Assembly: GCA_008632985.1 (NCBI GenBank) | Contig: QPGO01000238.1 | Coordinates: 1-64,000 of the forward strand | Direction: 5' to 3' | DNA from: Psammoneis japonica | Lineage: Eukaryota | Length of the DNA: 64,000 bases | Shown: positions 61,812 to 64,000 of the stretch, one piece after another | How positions within the stretch are numbered: the first letter of the stretch is position 1 | How the letters are laid out: the number at the start of each line of letters is the position of its first letter | Position numbers and translations under genes: made by a program | The notes under the pieces: model-generated | The model's database searches: none | Told to the model about the DNA's origin: nothing | Seen by the model: only the letters and a program-made list of their open reading frames with translations

Positions 61812-64000
61812 TCAATCTTCACGATCAAGCTCTTCCTGAATGGCCTTCATCTTGGCCCTGAGATTGTCGTCACGAAGGGCTCGAAGCTTGGCGCGAATGG
61901 CGCTCTCTTTTTGGGTGTAGAATTCCACCGTGGTTAAATCATCGTTCCATTCGTCCGCGCCGACCATGTTGGCCAACACTTCCTTGGCGTCGTTGAAACT
62001 CATGGATCCTTCTTGTTGCATTTGCTTGACAAACGCATCTTCCAACATGCGACGCTTCGCTCGATTGTAAAAGTATTCACGAGAACGCTCCCACGGTACA
62101 ACATCACGAATGACTTGCTTGGCCTTCATTCGACCAGTCTTGTCGTGCAAATCGCAAAATTCCGTGGCGGCCTGGAGGTAGACTGGCTTGAGCAACTCTT
62201 CACGAGCCTTGATTTGCTCCTTGAGCGACTCTACGGTATCCACGTCCATTGAGTCTGTCATTTCGAGCTCTGAATCCAAGACTTGTAGCTGAGCATCGTT
62301 CTCGTGCATGACCACCAGCTGATCCGCTGCACGGAACTTGATCTCGGCAATGCCTGCAGGAAAGTTGCATGGGGAGAAAATGAGAGTACGGTACGAGCGT
62401 GAGCAAGCAAGAAACAACGTTTTGATGACTTACCAGATGGCTCAAGGATACCACCACGAGATTCGGGATCTGCGTACATTTCCATCTGGGCCTTGTTAAT
62501 GGTTGGATCCAACACCACCCAAGAACCTCCACGAAGTTCTCCGTGAGGTGGAATATAAATGTAGACTGGATTTGTGCATTCGCACAAGGCATCAACAATC
62601 ATGGAACCAAACTTCAATACTTCCATGGCCATGTCTCGACTTCCACCACTAAAGCCTCTCCAGTTGGCGAAAATCATGATTGGCAGGCCTTCCTTGTCAA
62701 AGTCGCGAATGGACTGAGCCGTCTTGAATGCAGAGTCGGGGTACCACACCTTTCCGGCTTGGGGTAAGACAGATTCGCTCGATTCAGGATTAGCAGGATC
62801 GGCCGGTATAACTTGCTCCACTTGGCGAGTTTCGACGGCAATTGCTCCCATGGGTATTCCACCAACGCGACCTCGGCCAACTACAACACTCTTACCCCAT
62901 CCAGGTAGATACTCTTTGAAGCTTCCCTTATCGAAGAAACCGGGACGAGACGGAGTACCAGTGAAGATCAGGCGTGGATCATAGGGAGTTCGGGAAGGAC
63001 GCCACATGACATTACGATTCGGTGGATCGGCAAAATTGCGACAGGCAGGAAGATCTCCCACTGTTTTTGGAACGTAGCTGAGCCACTCGAGAATCGCATC
63101 AACACCTTCTTGGTCGTTGTCAACCTGCAAATGCGAGACACCATTCGGAATCATCACCTGCGGACCACCGAGCTGATCTTGTGAATTATACACCGCCCGA
63201 CCCAGCAGCTTATTCAACGCAGCAAAGCCTGTGAGAATAATCGGACCATTTGTCTTTTGAATGATTCGCTGTCCAAGGCGTACAAGATAGGCTCCGATTC
63301 CAACACTGCGACCAGTTACGTAGCTCAAGGTGAATACCTCCTCGTATGCTCGAGACGTTTCGCCAGCAATCTTGCCGCTTCCTTGGAGATTCTCGACTCC
63401 AATTCCATGCACGGTCCCAATGACATCATCTACAGCCCATCCCTCAGGAACCTTGTGCGCATTGACTGCTCCTTCTGGCAGAGCTTTGTAGTCGCCATCG
63501 GTGAGATATAGATACTCAAAGCCCTTCGATGGATTCGACTTGTCGTAAAACTTGAGTTTGATCTTTGACTTGAGGTCATCATAGAGACCAATCCGGGCAC
63601 CGGCATTGCAGGCAATGTAGACACGAGGAATCTTGCGTTCGCGAGCATACTCAGAAGCCTTGCAATACACTTCATCTTCGTCAACAGAGAACGAGCCACT
63701 CTTGACTGTAACATCGTTCGCGACAACGACAACGTCGCGGCCTTCGGGGTACTCTGGAGTCTTCATTGTTACGTGCCATGCAAGCATGCCGACCTTGTTT
63801 GTACCAATCGGTCTGAATCCCGGTTCGAGTTTTCCATTTTCTCCTTCAATAAGCTCAGTCGACTTGAATATATCTTTCGGCATTTCGATGGATGGATTCC
63901 TTTGCATAAATGGCTGCGGTTCTTTTTGCGCTTTGATATACGTGTTCCACTGCTGCACTAAGCCAACCTCGAGTAAACTCAGAAAATCATAAACATACGC
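61812..64000 (-). CDS. ACC: Acetyl-CoA carboxylase (multidomain eukaryotic type), carboxyltransferase region; gene continues beyond the window; intron 62354-62433
   Basis: YVYDF, NDVT..SGSF, NAGARIG, GIGVENL.GSG.IAGETS, GRSVGIGAYLVRLGQR, NWRGFSGG, GELRGGSWVV, GGILEP|GIAEIKFR and FCDLHD..GRM. An 80-nt GT-AG intron joins the frames correctly. Confidence 0.97.

Noticed and set aside
62258..62433. ACC C-terminus as given by the 62258-63958 ORF
   Set aside because: That tail is read-through into the 80-nt intron. The true frame continues in the 61812-62353 exon.

Overview
Eukaryotic genomic DNA, most likely a diatom, judging from a CoDi-like Ty1/copia element, a DUF285/BspA-repeat membrane protein and short GT-AG introns. 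It has one 348-bp N gap. Ordinary genes alternate with transposon-derived blocks. The genes are a BspA-repeat membrane protein, an O-fucosyltransferase-like gene, a membrane protein, an RNA-dependent RNA polymerase with two chromo-like domains, a tyrosine recombinase, two NTF2-like proteins, a sulfotransferase, a PD-(D/E)xK-like protein and the 3' half of acetyl-CoA carboxylase. The mobile DNA includes a full-length 7.1-kb copia LTR element with TSD, an older degenerate copia, a piggyBac-type MITE and several dispersed or inverted repeats. The most striking signal is that repeat-rich blocks have been systematically stripped of TpA by TpA->TpG and TpA->CpA transitions (A->G on either strand). 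Conserved Tyr codons of the retrotransposon now read Cys or His (RT YVDD->CVDD), paired repeat copies differ mostly at TA versus TG/CA, and the effect fades next to unique DNA while genes are spared. This looks like a repeat-targeted A:T->G:C hypermutation running opposite to fungal RIP. The mechanism and novelty are inferences to test. Most short Cys/His-rich ORFs in the track are by-products of this process.
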